Part shown: in pieces, positions 12,215 to 26,296 of the stretch | Layout of the letters: each line of letters starts with the position of its first letter | Numbering within the stretch: the stretch's first letter is position 1 | Origin: Schmidtea polychroa | Lineage: Eukaryota | Assembly (NCBI GenBank): GCA_044892525.1 | Contig: JBJFYX010000144.1 | Location: forward strand, 62,001 to 126,000 | Direction of reading: 5' to 3' | Length of the DNA: 64,000 nucleotides | Position numbers and translations under genes: made by a program | The notes under the pieces: generated by a model | What the model saw: only the letters and a program-made list of their open reading frames with translations | Database searches by the model: none | What the model was told of the DNA's origin: nothing

Positions 12215-15200
12215 TTTATCTAAAATAAACAAAATTTTCAACATTTTACAATTTTCACAAATTATACTTATTATATTAATTATTTCTGACGTTTACAATT
12301 TCAATATTTATAATTTGTATTTTAATGTAGATAAACAAACAATTTATAAATATTGTATTTTAGCTTTGAGTGTAATTCGAAATTTTATTAATGTTAATTT
12401 TCATTGTTTTTTTATTTTAAATCTTACAAAATTATTTAAATTAAAATTTGATAACAAAAAGTAAAATTTTGATGGAAATTTAAATAACTTTTTTAAAGAG
12501 AAAATCAAAATTAAAAATAGGTCAAAATATAAAAATTAATATTTTTCATAAAAATTTAAAAAATTTTATCTAAATTTAGAATTTATTTGAACAGATTAGA
12601 AAGAAATTCAAAATCATCAGAGCAAAAATAGAAATTTAACAAAAAATCAATATTTTTAATTCAAATACTTTTTAACAAAATAACAAAAAATTTTCATTCA
12701 ATTTTTAAAAAAAATGATATGAATAAAATTTTACTCTGTAACGCTAAGCAGGTTAATAATGTATTCAGGAATTGTGGGGTTTTAGCCTTTGATCTAATGA
12801 TCTCGTTATGGTTATAAATATTGGGAATGATCCACAATTGGATAAGGATATTTCAATGATCGAAAAGTTAGAATAGAGTAAAATAAATAAATCAATAAAC
12901 CTAATATGTGAAAATGTTAAAAGTCGAAATATTTTGTCAGACTCGAATGTTTCAAATCAATATTTGTGAAAATAAATAAATTATTAAAACATTCATAAAT
13001 CATAATTATAAATAATAATTATTTCCTCTTAATTTTGAAATTTCTATATTTAAAATGTTTTTATAGATAAACAGATATTTTATAAATATTGGTTTTTTAA
13101 TGTTAATTTTTCAGTGTTTTTCGAATTTATTTGTAACTTAATTTCCAAAATTTTGTAAAAAAATAACATTAATATTTTTTTTTAAATCCAAGAAAATTAT
13201 TTAAATCAATATTGTTATTGAAAATGTTTTTGATAAGAATTTTTTAATAGCAAATTTTTAAAAAGATTTTGACTACAAAATGAAATGTGCCCAAATGTCA
13301 TTTATAAGTTAAGTAAACAATCCAACAAACCATAATTAATAACCACCAGAATCTAAGAGATCAATTAAAGAAAAACACGAGATTCATTCATGCGCATCCA
13401 ACAGTAAGGATTTTATTTATGGATTTTATATTTATGTTTGGTAAATCGATATGCAAATTTCTTTAATTTTTACATTTTACTTCCTTGAATTCATACAATT
13501 AATAATTTTCACTAGAGCAGGTCACAGGCATTGAGAGAAGTGAAACATTTAGGTTACGAAACGAACTCATATCATGACCAAAAATTCCGAATTTTGTTTT
13601 TTAATGATATAAAAATGAAACTAAAATTTAGTTTTGAATTTCAGAGTGAGTTGAGATAGAATCGTATGACACTATGAAACCCAGGAATTGTTCACTGAGA
13701 CGCAGAAAATATATGCCAAGAAAGAGTTTAGACTAGAAGAGAGTGAGTTAGATATTGATCGTGAATATAGACGAATGATATTTGGAGGCAGCGGCGTTAA
13801 CATCAATCAGGAATGAGTGGTGCAACTACTGTGATAGCTGATATAGCCGTGCTGTGGGGCCCGACCGACCATAAAAAACAAAAATCATGACAAGTTTAGC
13901 ACGTGCAGCCAGTCAGAAGGACGTGATGAGATGCAATAAATTTCTAGTTACGAAATTAACATTATTGACATTACAAACGAAATTCGATTGTTGTTTAGCT
14001 GTTCTTCATAATATATTATGAATATGTTCTTACTGTACATCCTGTTTTGTGCGTAACATGAAGTCAATTGTTTATTTGGTAAATGCCTGTTATACGATGT
14101 TTTAAATTAATTAAATTAAAAACTCATTAAAATGTTTAAAAGTGCACGCTTCAATTTTCTGTTGTTGTTTTATTATAGGTTGATTAGAATTATTTAGTTT
14201 ACTAGAAACCTTATTTATTGGGCAAATCATTTCCTGAAACCAGTAAAACCCAATTATCAGCCCAATTCACAATAAGTAGAACATCATTTATAACATTAAT
14301 TAAAAATAGAATCATTGAAAGGAACATTGGAATTATCTGATGCATTATCAAAATCAATCCAATGGTAAATTTCATTCTCAACCGAAGCAGGCATCGAAAT
14401 TTCTGCTTTTCATTTGATGTATTTCGCGCTTGAAACTTCGGATTTCGTTTTGGCTGGGCAACAACTTGACCAAGCGGGAATTTTCATTTAAATCATGTTC
14501 AATATTTAAATATTTGAATATTCAAACAAATAAAACAGCTGTTATAGAAAATAGAACATATTTGCTAATCAATCACGCGTTTCTCTTTATTAATTATAAC
14601 AAAGCTGCAATTCATACCGCACTGATATCATTGATCAAGACGGGGAGCGGCAGTAATGGACCCGCAGAGAGCATGATGGGGCGAGTAGGTGTAAGACAGC
14701 AGCTCACCTCCCTCCTTGCTCCCAATGACAATATACAGCACCAACATGGCAGCTGTCATGGTTACATTGATTAGATTCATGACATTTGGATAAGTTTTAT
14801 TTAGTTATATTTATCTTGCTTTTTTAATTGGCTAAGAAATAAATTAAAGTTTATAACAATGATAAATTTGATATTTCTCCTGATTAAAAATAAATATGAG
14901 ATTAGAATAACTTATCTAGTTATTCGGATATAGTCAGATCTGCTGCTGGTGCTCAGGCAATGAAATCAATATCGCTGGAGTTTCAAGTTCATTTAAACAA
15001 GAATTAAGTGCAGCATGGGTTCAATGGGTAAATTTCGCCAGGACGTGACGCGCTACACAGCGAGGTTTTGGTTAGGAAGCGCAGAAGGCTCGAGTGGAGG
15101 AGCAAGGAATCATTCGTGATCGCAAGATCACGATCCCAGAGCAGACACAGCAGGTTATCGAGTTGCGTCGGTGGATCCACACGGGCACAGGAGTTGGTCG

Positions 15201-16334
15201 AGCAGAGCCGGCGCTACTATTAAGGCAAACTAGGCGGTCCCTAGGGCGCTATCCAGAGAGGGGTGATAAAATGTGTAATCGCAATTATTAATTAGGCACA
15301 GGGTAATATAATTAGATAATTATTGTATTTAATATAAACCTTTTAATTTCGAACATTACAGATGGTAAACTAATTTTAATGTTGATTTAGAGATCGCTCC
15401 AGCGCATGACGCGGCGTTCTGAGCCATTTTGATTTTTAATTCTGCCGAGAACCGTTATTGTTTGTGTATCACAATTTGTATCGCACACAGCGAAATACAA
15501 ACAGTCGCAGTAAACACACAACAGTTATAGTTTATTGATAATTACAGGTTTACTGATAAGTGTAATTTTGTGCATTATTAGAAAAATAATTGAGTCAGTG
15601 AAGTTACGTGCAGTAAATTTGATTTTGTTATCCTTCATACGACAAAGCATTAAACACTTCTTTGCTGGTAAGTTTAATAGCAAATATTAATTTGTTGTAT
15701 TAAAATAATTAAATATTATTTATATTGGGACATTAGTGCTTTTAAAATGTCATCAAAAAAGCCATCCGGATTTCAAATTCGTAAGCGCAAAACTCTCAGA
15801 GCTGAAGAGCGTGCGAATGAAAGTGGTTGACTGTTAAAGTGTTTCAAATCAAGTCTTGATGTTTCAGCCAACAGCGACTTGGATAGATGTGTAGGACAAT
15901 CAGATGTACAACAAAATATGTCAGATCACGCGGATGAAGGTATTTCATAAAAAGAAGAAAATAAAAGAGAAGGTGTTTCATAGTTTGATATTTTGATGCA
16001 AACCGAAAGTTCACATGAAATTAAATCCAGTACCAGTGCCAGGATTAATTATGTAGATTACAATGACCCATAAAACTGGGCTGACTATTGTAATGATAAT
16101 TTTCGTCAGATTTTATTACAAAATTCAACAAATCAAATTATTACACATAATTTTCCAAAAGATTCCAAAAATCGAAGATTTTCTCCAATTCACTATAAGG
16201 GAAAACTAGCCAATGGTGAAGAAGTATACCGTTCACAGTTGATATATTCAACTATAAAATATACGGTTTTTTGTTTTTGCTGCAAGTTATTTAACAAAAC
16301 AGCTCGTCAATTCTAGAAAAATCAGGATCAAAAG

Positions 16335-19300
16335 CAGGGGCCTGCCGAAGTGACTTTTTTGCCGAAGTCCGAAGTCGAATCAAATGTCTGGTGCGCGAAA
16401 ATAATTTACGGACCTGTACCTACTGCAATGACCTACGGCGATTCAAGACGCATATTATACCAAGAAAGGAATCAACGCTAACCAAAATTATAATAAATTG
16501 TAATAACTACCTTTTATTATCAACAGTTATTTAAAAAATGTAACATTATTGATAATTTTGATATTATTTTTATTAATAATTAATAAAATGAATCATATCA
16601 ATAAAACTAAAAAAATTATACAATGGGTGATAATACAAGATATTGAGAAGTGTTCATTTTGTTGTCTTTTGAAACATGGATGTAAATTATATAACATAGA
16701 TCTGTTAGCAACAAGCAAAGTAACGTGAAACGAAAAAATAAAAAAATACATGTGTTTATATAAATATATACATCTTGTCCGATGAGTTAATAGAATTCAT
16801 TAGTTTATTAGTAGTCAAAACGGACCACATCGAGATTTTTCATTAAAAATAGAAGCATCTCAGTTTTTGCTGGTGTTAACTTTGATCGACGGTCATCGCA
16901 TATAAGACCAGCCAAACTGAAGGTTCTTTCACTATCCACGCTGGAAGGAGGAGAAGCACAGAATTGTTTGGCGACCAGTGCAAGTTGAGGATATGTGTAT
17001 TGCCTTGATTTCCAATATTCTATTGGATCTTTTGGAGGTGAGTGTCGTTGGTTGCACGCTTCCGTTAAATATGCATCGAGCTGTTGTTGGAGATTACCGG
17101 AATCTGTAAAGTTGGATTGTGTAGCTCCAAGCATGTCGTCGTAGTAGCTATCCAAAGCAGATGTGGCTGATGAAGATGATGTGGAAGGTGTTGGGCCTGC
17201 TGGCACTTCATCACGCGAGTTGTCCGTCGACGATACAGCATTCATTGCATTCGCGTTAAAGAGACGAAGCTTGTACACTAGATCCAAAGCAGTAGATATT
17301 TTCAACGTTAGCATACCTGCGGCTGAGATCCGCAAGCATTTCAGCACGCATTGTTTGAATGCAGAGGTCGTCACCCTCCTTTGCTGGTCTCGTCAAAACT
17401 GCCTGAAGTACACGCACACTTGGAATAATCATTCCACTTGTTGCAGTTGACAAACTAGCATTCCGCGTTTCCTCTTCAAATGGACGCAATGTCGACACGA
17501 CCCTTTCGATTAATTTCCACTGATTGTTTGTCAGATTGGTGACTTCGTTGTCTTGGAGATAGAGAGCTATTGCTTTTCTCTGTTCGATCAAACGTTCCAA
17601 CATATAAAACGTGGAGTTCCTCCTTGTCTGTACATCTTGTATCAGGCGGTGGACGGGATATGGGTTTCCGGCAGCATCCGGCTGAAAAGAATTTTGAATC
17701 TCTTCCAGTCGATCATTGGCTAATGGTGAATGCCGGAAGTGGGTTACAATGTTGCGGGAAGCTGCAACTGCATCAATGACAGCCTTTTGCGTCTTCTTTA
17801 ATCCTGCACCCAACTAACTGAATCGTGTGTATGTAGCAGCCTAGATCTGATAAGCCTGCAACACTAGCGGCCTTCACCATGCTTGACCCGTTATCGCGAA
17901 CGAAGGTTCCACGTCTGCCTGCATCAATGTCCCATTCATTCAACAATTCCAATATGGTATCTCCAATCAGCTTACCGGTGTGATGTCCGTTGATTCCTCG
18001 AAGTGCCAGCACCACAAATTTGCGTTCCCAATTGTTGTCGATCCAGTGTGCTGTCAAAGAGAGGAATCCATTTAGGCTGTTGGTGGTTGTCCACACATCA
18101 CTCGTGAAGCACAGAAGTTTAGCATCTCCGATGAGATTCTTGACTTTCGACTTCACTGCAGCAAACATGTCCGGTATGATTGTTCTTGAGAAATAAGTCT
18201 CGTCTGGAATGACGTATCTGGGCACCAATTGATGCAGAACACGTTGGAATCCTTCGTCACTGACAATCGAAAATGGCTGACTATCCAAGGCTATCATCTC
18301 ACCAATTAGTTTCGTTATGAGGATCTGACGAGGATGGCCCGATTCAAATGGACGTGTACGTTCAATACATGCATCCAGAGTTTGTAGCTTTGGCTTCTTA
18401 GCTGCGGCATTGAGTTGATTTTCTTCCTCTTCAGCTTGTCGTTTCTTTGCAGAATCACACGCCTGTGAATATTCTTTGTACTTGTCCGGATGTTTAGAAC
18501 GTAGGTGGTTGATTAATGTTGTTGTTCCGTATGATCTTGGATCCTTGCCGCCACGTTTCATTTTCATTCTACATGTCCCACAGTTAGCAAAAGATTCATC
18601 CACAGCGTTGATTTCAAAGAAATTCCAAATTTTACTTCTCATAGCATTAGCCATATTTATTTAATTTCATTTATTTTTAATATTTAAATCTAATTTATTA
18701 ATTTTGTTGAAGAAATATATTTAAAATTTTCGATTTCAAATTTGATGGGCTTTTATATATATTATGTACACTGGGGAGGGGTATGGAGCTATGGAGATTT
18801 TCGCATGTGATGATGTGGAAAGTGAATCGGATGCTCAACTGGCAGTTCTGCTCAGTCTAATATTTTACCTAATGAATAAACACACAATTTTATGACAGAA
18901 AAATGACACAATTATTTCTATATAATTTTATAATAAGTATTATTGTCGATAAAGTCGATAGGTACGGTATACGAAAATCATCGTGCATGACATTGACATA
19001 TGCACTCGGTTGAACTGCATACACGCGCGTGGCATCTTGTGCTGCTTCCATCAGGCATGCAATAAGATTGAAGAGTCAACATACAGAGACGATAGATGAC
19101 ATAATAAATTTAAATGTGCTCAACATTAATTTAAATGTGTAGATTATGTGGTATTTCTCTCTTGACAGTAGTCAAGTCTAATAGTGCCCAAGCAATAAAT
19201 TTCGTACAGAGTAAAATTATTATTAGGCCTATTAGATTGCGATCGGTAATTGATTGTGGTATTACAGTAGCCTCAGCCTCGCAAGCCATGCCTATTCAAG

Positions 19301-19723
19301 CGCCTGCCCCCCGATATCGTGGCTCGAATCAATCGAGATTATGCTAAGAATAGTCAGAGATTGACGTATAGGGCTGCTATAGTGTAGAGAATAGAGATGC
19401 ATGAACATGAACGGCTATTGTGTACACAGCGACACAGCCACGGCTAGGCTAGACTTGTCAGTGTTCGTATGACATAGCCGTAGAAAGGAAAATCGATAGT
19501 AAAGAAAAATGAACAACAACAACTAAGATTTTATTTACTTTCATTGTTTGGGTGTCGCCATTAATTTTAATGTAAATAATCACGGAACAATAATAATTTA
19601 TTATCGCTCAAGCAAAATTTCACTATTTGGATCGTACAGGGTCTATTGCCGAAGTCCGAAGTTTCCGAAGTGTTTGAACTTTGGTCCGAATCGAAGTTCA
19701 AATCGAAGTTCGGCAGGCCACTA
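16335..19723 (-). mobile_element. Inner hAT transposon (ZBED1/ZBED4-like), 3.4 kb
   Basis: 15-bp TIRs caggggcctgccgaa / ttcggcaggccacta (13/15 match); subterminal ccgaag/tcgaag repeats; no 8-bp TSD. Confidence 0.85.
16808..18654 (-). pseudogene. hAT transposase with BED finger, split by two frameshifts
   Basis: BED finger (IWNFF..CGTC..TTTLINHLRSKH); FTSDVWTT..LSLTAHWID; DVQTRRNSTFYML (canonical TRWNS); dimerisation domain YW..YPQLALVAKQFCASPPSSVDSERTFS. Spread over three overlapping ORFs. Confidence 0.9.
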
Positions 19724-21007
19724 GCGACAGATTCTATTTACCATTTTCCTTTTCCTCTACGTTTGCTTATATTGTGGCACTCAAGATAATCAAGTGTTTT
19801 CCGACTTTCTTTCTCCTGCTATCCCCGACTGTTTCATTTTTATCTCTGACGGCTGTCAAGTTATTTTCCCTTTTTACTTTTTTGTTCACCCGCCTTTCCG
19901 TAGCAATCTGCTATCACTGACAAGCTGTCGAGATAAGAGTATTGCTGTTTTTTCTATTTTCCCTATTTCGAAATTCCTTTTCCTTTTTGTACTAATTTAT
20001 TAGTACTGACCTTGGTTTTTATTTTCTTGTTCAATTTCTTTTGTTCCCGCAGCCTGTCACCATAAGATGTGCTCCTCTATATAGCACAACATTAAATTGG
20101 AAGATTGTGTACCAAATGTTGTTGTTTCCTTGAGAATATTATTAGCACTTGCAGTGTCCGTAGCTAGTGGAGAACGCAGGTTTTCAAAATTGGAATTAAT
20201 TAAAAGTTGCTTGCGTTCAACTATATCGCAAAGCAGGCTTGTGGACTTGGCAGCAATTTCAATGGAATGTGATTGATTACGCTTTGACACTGGGATTGAA
20301 GGAATTAGTAGAAAATTTGGCGAGGAAGAAGGCAAGGAAAATTAAATTTTAATTTTGCAACATTTATGCAATCGATAATAAATTAATGTGTCACTTTAAA
20401 TTTATTGTTTTCTTATATATATTTATTTCTTTATTAATTTGTGTGAAAGGGGGCGTTTTGATAAGTTTTGCCTAGGTCGATAAATAAGCTGGCGCCGGCC
20501 CTTATCTCAGGAACTCCAGCGGCGCTCCGGTCACCAAGCAGCTATGTAACCCAGGCCCAGCAAGTACGATAGAAATAAGATGGGGAGAATTAAGAACGGA
20601 AAAGAATGTCAAGCATGAGAAATGATAAGGCACCTAATGAAACCTCCTGATTAATATTTATTTATATTTTGCGCTTTCTATCTAAATGGCTTGCTGCAAT
20701 TTATAATTAAGCGTTTAATTTTGCTGTTTTCTTTCATATTTGATTATCTGGGTGAATTTAAGCAACTGATTAAATGTGGCAGATTCCTTCACTGAGAGGC
20801 AGCCATAATAAATTCGATAGGTTACAAACCTATAATCAAGCAAGGTAACGTACCAATTTCTGTTTCGGGGCCAAAGGTAATTTATATTCCTAAAATAATC
20901 TGGAAATCGAATATGAATTGATTTAATATAAAACTCAATGCAATTGTATCAAATGAATAACTGTGTAATATGAACAGCTACAATATAGCATGCTAACGGA
21001 ATCACAG

Positions 21008-21547
21008 CTAATCCAGCAGGAAGCACCAATCAAGGTGGACAGCAACGAGCAACCGATTGGGTAAATCATAAATCAATGAAATGACTGAATATAATTTAGA
21101 AATTCGACCAATAGAAAGAGAGAAACTAGCAAACTTAAATTGGCCTGCATAAATCGGAGCTTCAGTAATCATTCTGTTATTACTGTTTTCCTTCTTGGAA
21201 GCTCTCAGCAGGGAATTGCCAAGGTAAGCAGTAACCGATTTCTGGGTTAGCGCTATTACGGAATGCTTTGGGAAACACGCTCGTGTTACTCTTGTCACCC
21301 AGATCGGGCTGTTGGCGCAAATTATGGCCACCTTGATTATTGGATTAACTGGAATGCCTTGAGCAGTTCCTCGTTCGGGTTCGGCAGTTAGTTGAGTGGG
21401 GTAATAATTGAGGCCCTTTGGTATGCTGGCCTGTGGGCATTTAGGGGTGCGTGCAGGCGGCCCTGTGGCGTGCTGGGACATGATTATGACAGGTTCGGGC
21501 TCCATCTGCATGCCGCAGCATGGATTGAAGCTTTCACCATTCGGCAT
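21008..21547 (-). pseudogene. Possible degraded non-LTR reverse transcriptase fragment
   Basis: RGTAQGIPVNPII resembles RGxxQGxPLSPLL and IYAGQF may be a decayed YADD motif; weak. Confidence 0.3.
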
Positions 21548-22399
21548 GCGGGGGAGGGAGGGAGGGGGACAGATATAGGGCGGGTCCCTTCACCTGAGGC
21601 CCGTACAGCGGAGGCGGGTAACCCGTAAGGCTAGGAAACCCGGATGAGCGACATGGCGACCTGGAGGAGGACCCCACGCGGTAACCATGCTAGAATCTTT
21701 GTGTCACGAGGTGATCTGGATTCTAGCAACTGCTAGCAGGAAAGGCAAATTAAGCCAGCGCATTTTTGTGATAAAACAGCTTGTGGTTACAAATTAATTA
21801 ATAAAAAATTCAATAATTAAAATATTAAATCAAAAATCTAATTACCTAATTATTTAAATGTAATTCTTGAGTAATATTATTGAACATAGAAAATAAATTG
21901 TAGAGAATTTCAGTAAATATTTCCTTTATATTATATTTTAAATAAATAAGTTAACGCTTTGATTTCTCTTTTCTGGAAATCATCTATAACAGCGATTAAA
22001 CCAATAATAAGTATTTTACCATCAGCAAAATCTTCATCCGATCCTGATTCTATATCATCAAATAATTGAAATGCATCTTTATCTACAGGTTTAATCTCTC
22101 TTTTAGAAGGATCTCGTTTAGCTATGATTTTGAGAATATTATATCAATGATTTATTACTGATTGCATTTAAATATAAATTTATTTCTTCATCTTTATTAT
22201 TAGACGTTTAAAAGATTTCACCTAAAATTTAATATATTATGAATATTTAAACAATTTAAATCCAAGGATAATTTAATAAAATTAGAAAAAAGACTTTTAT
22301 AATAAAATTTACCAATTTCAAAATTTACAGATTTCTTATAATTTAATTTAAAGTATGGTGTGTATCACTCCACCAAATACATTCAATCTTAATTCCTGA

Positions 22400-22560
22400 G
22401 ATGCCTCTTTCAAACTTGCTTTAGCCAACAACTGCAACATTAAAACGTATGGTTCAAAGACATTACATTTCAAAATCGCAAACATAGAGCAAAACTTTCG
22501 AACGAACTTCGTTGTAGCAGATATAACTCACTCAATTCCTGGCGCCGATTTCGTAAGAAG
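22400..22560 (+). pseudogene. Gypsy protease fragment
   Basis: LALANNCNIKTYGSKTLH and, after a frameshift, FVVADITHSIPGADF, matching the C-terminal half of Ty3/Gypsy retropepsins. Confidence 0.5.
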
Positions 22561-22734
22561 CTTTTAATTTTTAATTGATAGTAAAAAGGCTAAAATCAAC
22601 AATGCGGGAGAAACGACAGAAACTGGAGAACCGACTGCCCCTGATAAAATTGATTATGACGATGCCATACTTAATAGAGAGATACAAGAAACTTTAACGA
22701 ATGAATCCAAAGGATGAAATAGAAAATATAGCTA

Positions 22735-23910
22735 AAACTAAAGATAGATGCTATGTCATGGATAAAGTTAAAGGGAGGATGGAAAATACTGTATGATGAG
22801 AACTTAGTTGAGAGTACTAAAAAAAGCATAAAAGACTATACCACTACGGAAGTAAATGATAGCGAAGAGACAGTGAAAAATCTAGTAAATCTAGACAACT
22901 ATGAAATCATGTCAAAAAGAGAGAAAATCGACAAAGACATTAGTAATAATAGTAATAAGGTTATTGTTAGAATTTGTTTAAAAGGAATAATGCGATCATA
23001 GCTTATGACTGTCAGAATTCTAAATGGGGACAGAAATATTCACTACTAGATGTGTAAAATTGCCTAGAGCCAAATCCAACAAAATTAATTGTGCCAGATA
23101 AGTCCTTTCGCTATTGGTAAACAAGATTATTGAGAATTGTTATGGAGGAAATTACAACTTTGATGTATTATTATTGAAAGAGCATTTCAAGAATGTTATG
23201 TATAGTGTTATACAGCATATGAGGATATTTTGCGATCGTTGGAAATACGTTCTCAACTATATTAGGAATATATTATACAGTACCATGATTGAAGATGATT
23301 TTTTCATCATTAGTTTCATTTAGACAATTGAGACAAGTTTTTGGTGACTAATATAAAATTATGGCATACTTGTGTTCATTCATAGCCAAATATCCAATCA
23401 CTACGTAGCTCGACAAAGTAATCAAACGGATGAAAAATCGAAGAGATTCGGGTAAAATAATGATCAATAATGAGAAAGATGACGACCCAAACAGATCAGA
23501 AAATATTGAACAGCCACAAATAGTCAAAGAGAACAATTGAGAGAATTGGGAAATAATATTGAAATTATAATCCCATACGAAATGGTAATTGTCATTGTGC
23601 TCCAAAGATAATTTGTTGATGTTACGGATTAGGGCTTGACTATATATTAGAAGGGTTCAATGAAGCAAGGCCAAAACTGAAAATAGTGATAAATAATATA
23701 ATAATAAATGCACTGAGCGATACAGGGAAGCAGCTTCTTTGATTCGTGTAGATCAGTTATCGGAAAATCAAAAGAAAACAATTTTGAGTACGAGAGATAG
23801 AGTAATTTCATCATCATCACATTTTACACCATTAAAAGGCGACATAGAATTAACAGTCCACTTCTCAGGTCGTGGAAGAACATGTTTTCAAGGTAGTAGC
23901 AGAATATAAA
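22735..23910 (+). pseudogene. Decayed relative of the giant element: BH2-like motif, Env N-terminus, aspartic protease
   Basis: SWIKLKGGW (22756-22782); IAYDCQNSKWGQKYSLLDV*NCLEPNPTKL (from 22998); LKIVINNIIINALSDTG..LKGDIELTVHF (about 23677-23870). Stops and frameshifts throughout. Confidence 0.75.
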
Positions 23911-26296
23911 TGTGTATATGTCAGCATTGAAGAAATAGCAAAATTTTAACTATAAGGTTATCTAATTCTACTTTGTTTTAACTTAAATTAATTGCACAAC
24001 CTAATCACGAGAAGCAGCTTTTCGCGTGTCTTACTCGTAGTTTTTAAATTCTAGAAGGGAACTATATTAGAAAACTTTAGATCGTCCTTTATGTAACCGA
24101 TAGCGCAAACTTCAGGAAACCCCTCCATCTTTAACCTAACCAAATATTTAATGCAGCATTCGTTTCTTATTCTGAGGACGGTTTGTACAACCGATTTCTT
24201 TGCTTTATTAAATCAGCTGCATTTTTATGTGTATTACATATATTATTACTGTTAAAACCAATATGAAAAACATATCAACGCTTCTATTACAATACGGTAT
24301 ATCATTAGTCACATTTAACAAATCGTTAACCTTTAAAAATGAATTCTTTAATAGAAAACGTTATGAATGTCCGAGAAAAAATTCAGGAATTTGGTAAATT
24401 TTAATTTATTTATTAATTAATTTATTAATTAATTTAGATAATATTAATGAAGACAATTTAAAATCGAAGATTAAAGGAAATTTGAAAAGAAAAAGTAAAC
24501 AAAATTTTTAATTTATTGATTTAATTAATTAATAATTTAGGTAATACGAATAAATGTGTCAATAAATCGAAATGAAAATTTTCAATGTAAGTATTGATTA
24601 CTTTTTATAATTTAAAAGAAATTAAATTAGATACTTCTTCTTTTGAATCCTAGGACGGCTTAGATCTAGTTGTAAATTTTAAAAACTTATTCTATTAAGT
24701 TTTGGAAAACCTTTCAAAGACAAGTTTCTAAATCATTATAGATTTCTTGAATTATATTTATAAATTCATCTTCAATTTGAGGAATAACTTGATTTAATTT
24801 ATACAAAACATATAAACACAAAACTCCAAATATTTTAGTGTTGTCAGGTTGAACTTGTAGAGTATTCCAAGTGTATTCTTCTCCTAAATATTCCTCGACT
24901 TCTTTTGTTGGTTTAATTCCATAAGGATCAAAATATATATGTGTAAATATTCTTAGAAAATTATTGAAAAAAATTATTTAGTCAAATGCATTACAAAGTC
25001 ATCTAAAATTAAACCTATTACTTGATTATTAACCTAACAGTCATTAAAAATTAATTTTTATTTAAAATTTAAAAAATTTAGCAAATTATCAAGAAATTCA
25101 ATTAAAATCATCATTAAAACTTTAAATTTTTAATCAATCAAAATGAAATTCTTAGAAAATATATGAAAAAAATATTTAGTCAAATTCAATTACATTACAA
25201 AGTCATATCCTATCACTTGATTATTAACCTAACTGTCATTAAAAATAATTTTTTTTTAAATTAAAAAAACCAATCAATAAAAATGCATCCAATTATCAAG
25301 AAATTAATTAAATTTATCTTAGAACTAACTATAAATTTTTAAATTTTCATTTAATCCACATGAAATTAACAAAAATGTTAAATATTTCCTAAAACCATCA
25401 ACTTAAAAAAAATTGCTATTGAATGCCTTAGACATCAAAATTTATCTAAATAATCTTTCAAATTAATTCATTAAAATTGAAGAAAACACGCTCTATTTTG
25501 TCATTAAATTCAATTAAAATTAAATAAATCAAAATAAGAACTTTGATAAAAAATATTATTCTAAAATGGTAAGAATTAACACTGTAGTGTTAAATGGAAA
25601 GGTAATTATTCTTTAAATCTAATTAACTTTGTCATAATTTCTTTAATTATTACTACCAATTCTCATCATCTTTCAAAATTTATTACTTAATTTTAAATTG
25701 CATCATTTAATTTACTTCATTTAAAATTTTTGCATTTAATTTAGCAAATATAGCATTTAATTACTTTTTTTTTAAATATATCTCTTATTATTATTTCATA
25801 AAAAATCTATTTAAATTTATCATTGAAAATTATTTCAAAAAAATTTGCATCTCAAATTGTCAATTCTCATCGTTGATAGTTTTTCAAAATATCTGGCAAT
25901 AAATTATTACTGTAATTTTCAAATTTTTACTTAATTTAAAAGTATTACTATAATTTAAAAATTTTAATTTTAATTTAATTCTATTTAATTTAATTTACTT
26001 AATTTTAAAAATTGGAACTTAAATTACTAATTTGAACCCTTAATTTACTTTAATTTAAAATTTTAGACTTTATTTTAGAAATTAATTTAAAATTTTAGAC
26101 CATAATTTACCTATTTATCAATAATTTACTTTAGTTCAATTTTAGATCCTTGATTAATTCAATTTAAAAATATAGACCATAATTTACTTTAATTTAAAAT
26201 TTAACCATCAATTTACTTAATTGAAAATTTTAGACCATAATTTTCATGTAAAATTGTCATTGAAAAAATTTTCAATTCTCAGGCGCTGTTTAGTAG

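Larger units (their letters stand above)
15203..20503 (+). mobile_element. Decayed outer hAT element (ZMYM1/TTF-zinc-finger type), interrupted by other insertions
   Basis: Termini cagagccggcgc (15203) and gcgccggccctt (20503). N-terminal remnant from ATG 15747 (MSSKKPSGFQIRKRK..IYSTIKYTVFCFCCKLF). C-terminal dimerisation remnant at about 20090-20340 (PNVVVSLRILLALAVSVASGERRFSKLELIKSCLRST). No TSD found. Confidence 0.7.

Noticed and set aside
13774-13800. tgatatttggaggcagcggcg resembling the element's LTR-PBS junction
   Set aside because: No LTR end (CA), no recognisable tRNA match and no retroelement ORF nearby.
14640-15200. GC-rich patches and ORF 15094..15291
   Set aside because: The ORF crosses the hAT terminus at 15203; no recognisable domain; probably TE debris.
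19724-20050. Possible RNase H fragment (ISDSLSVI) on the minus strand
   Set aside because: Single short motif among stops; not supportable.
24172-24198. ctgaggac-ggtt tgtac aacc-gatttc as a hammerhead
   Set aside because: Has a CTGANGA core and stem II, but GAAA is missing and I found no convincing stems I/III.
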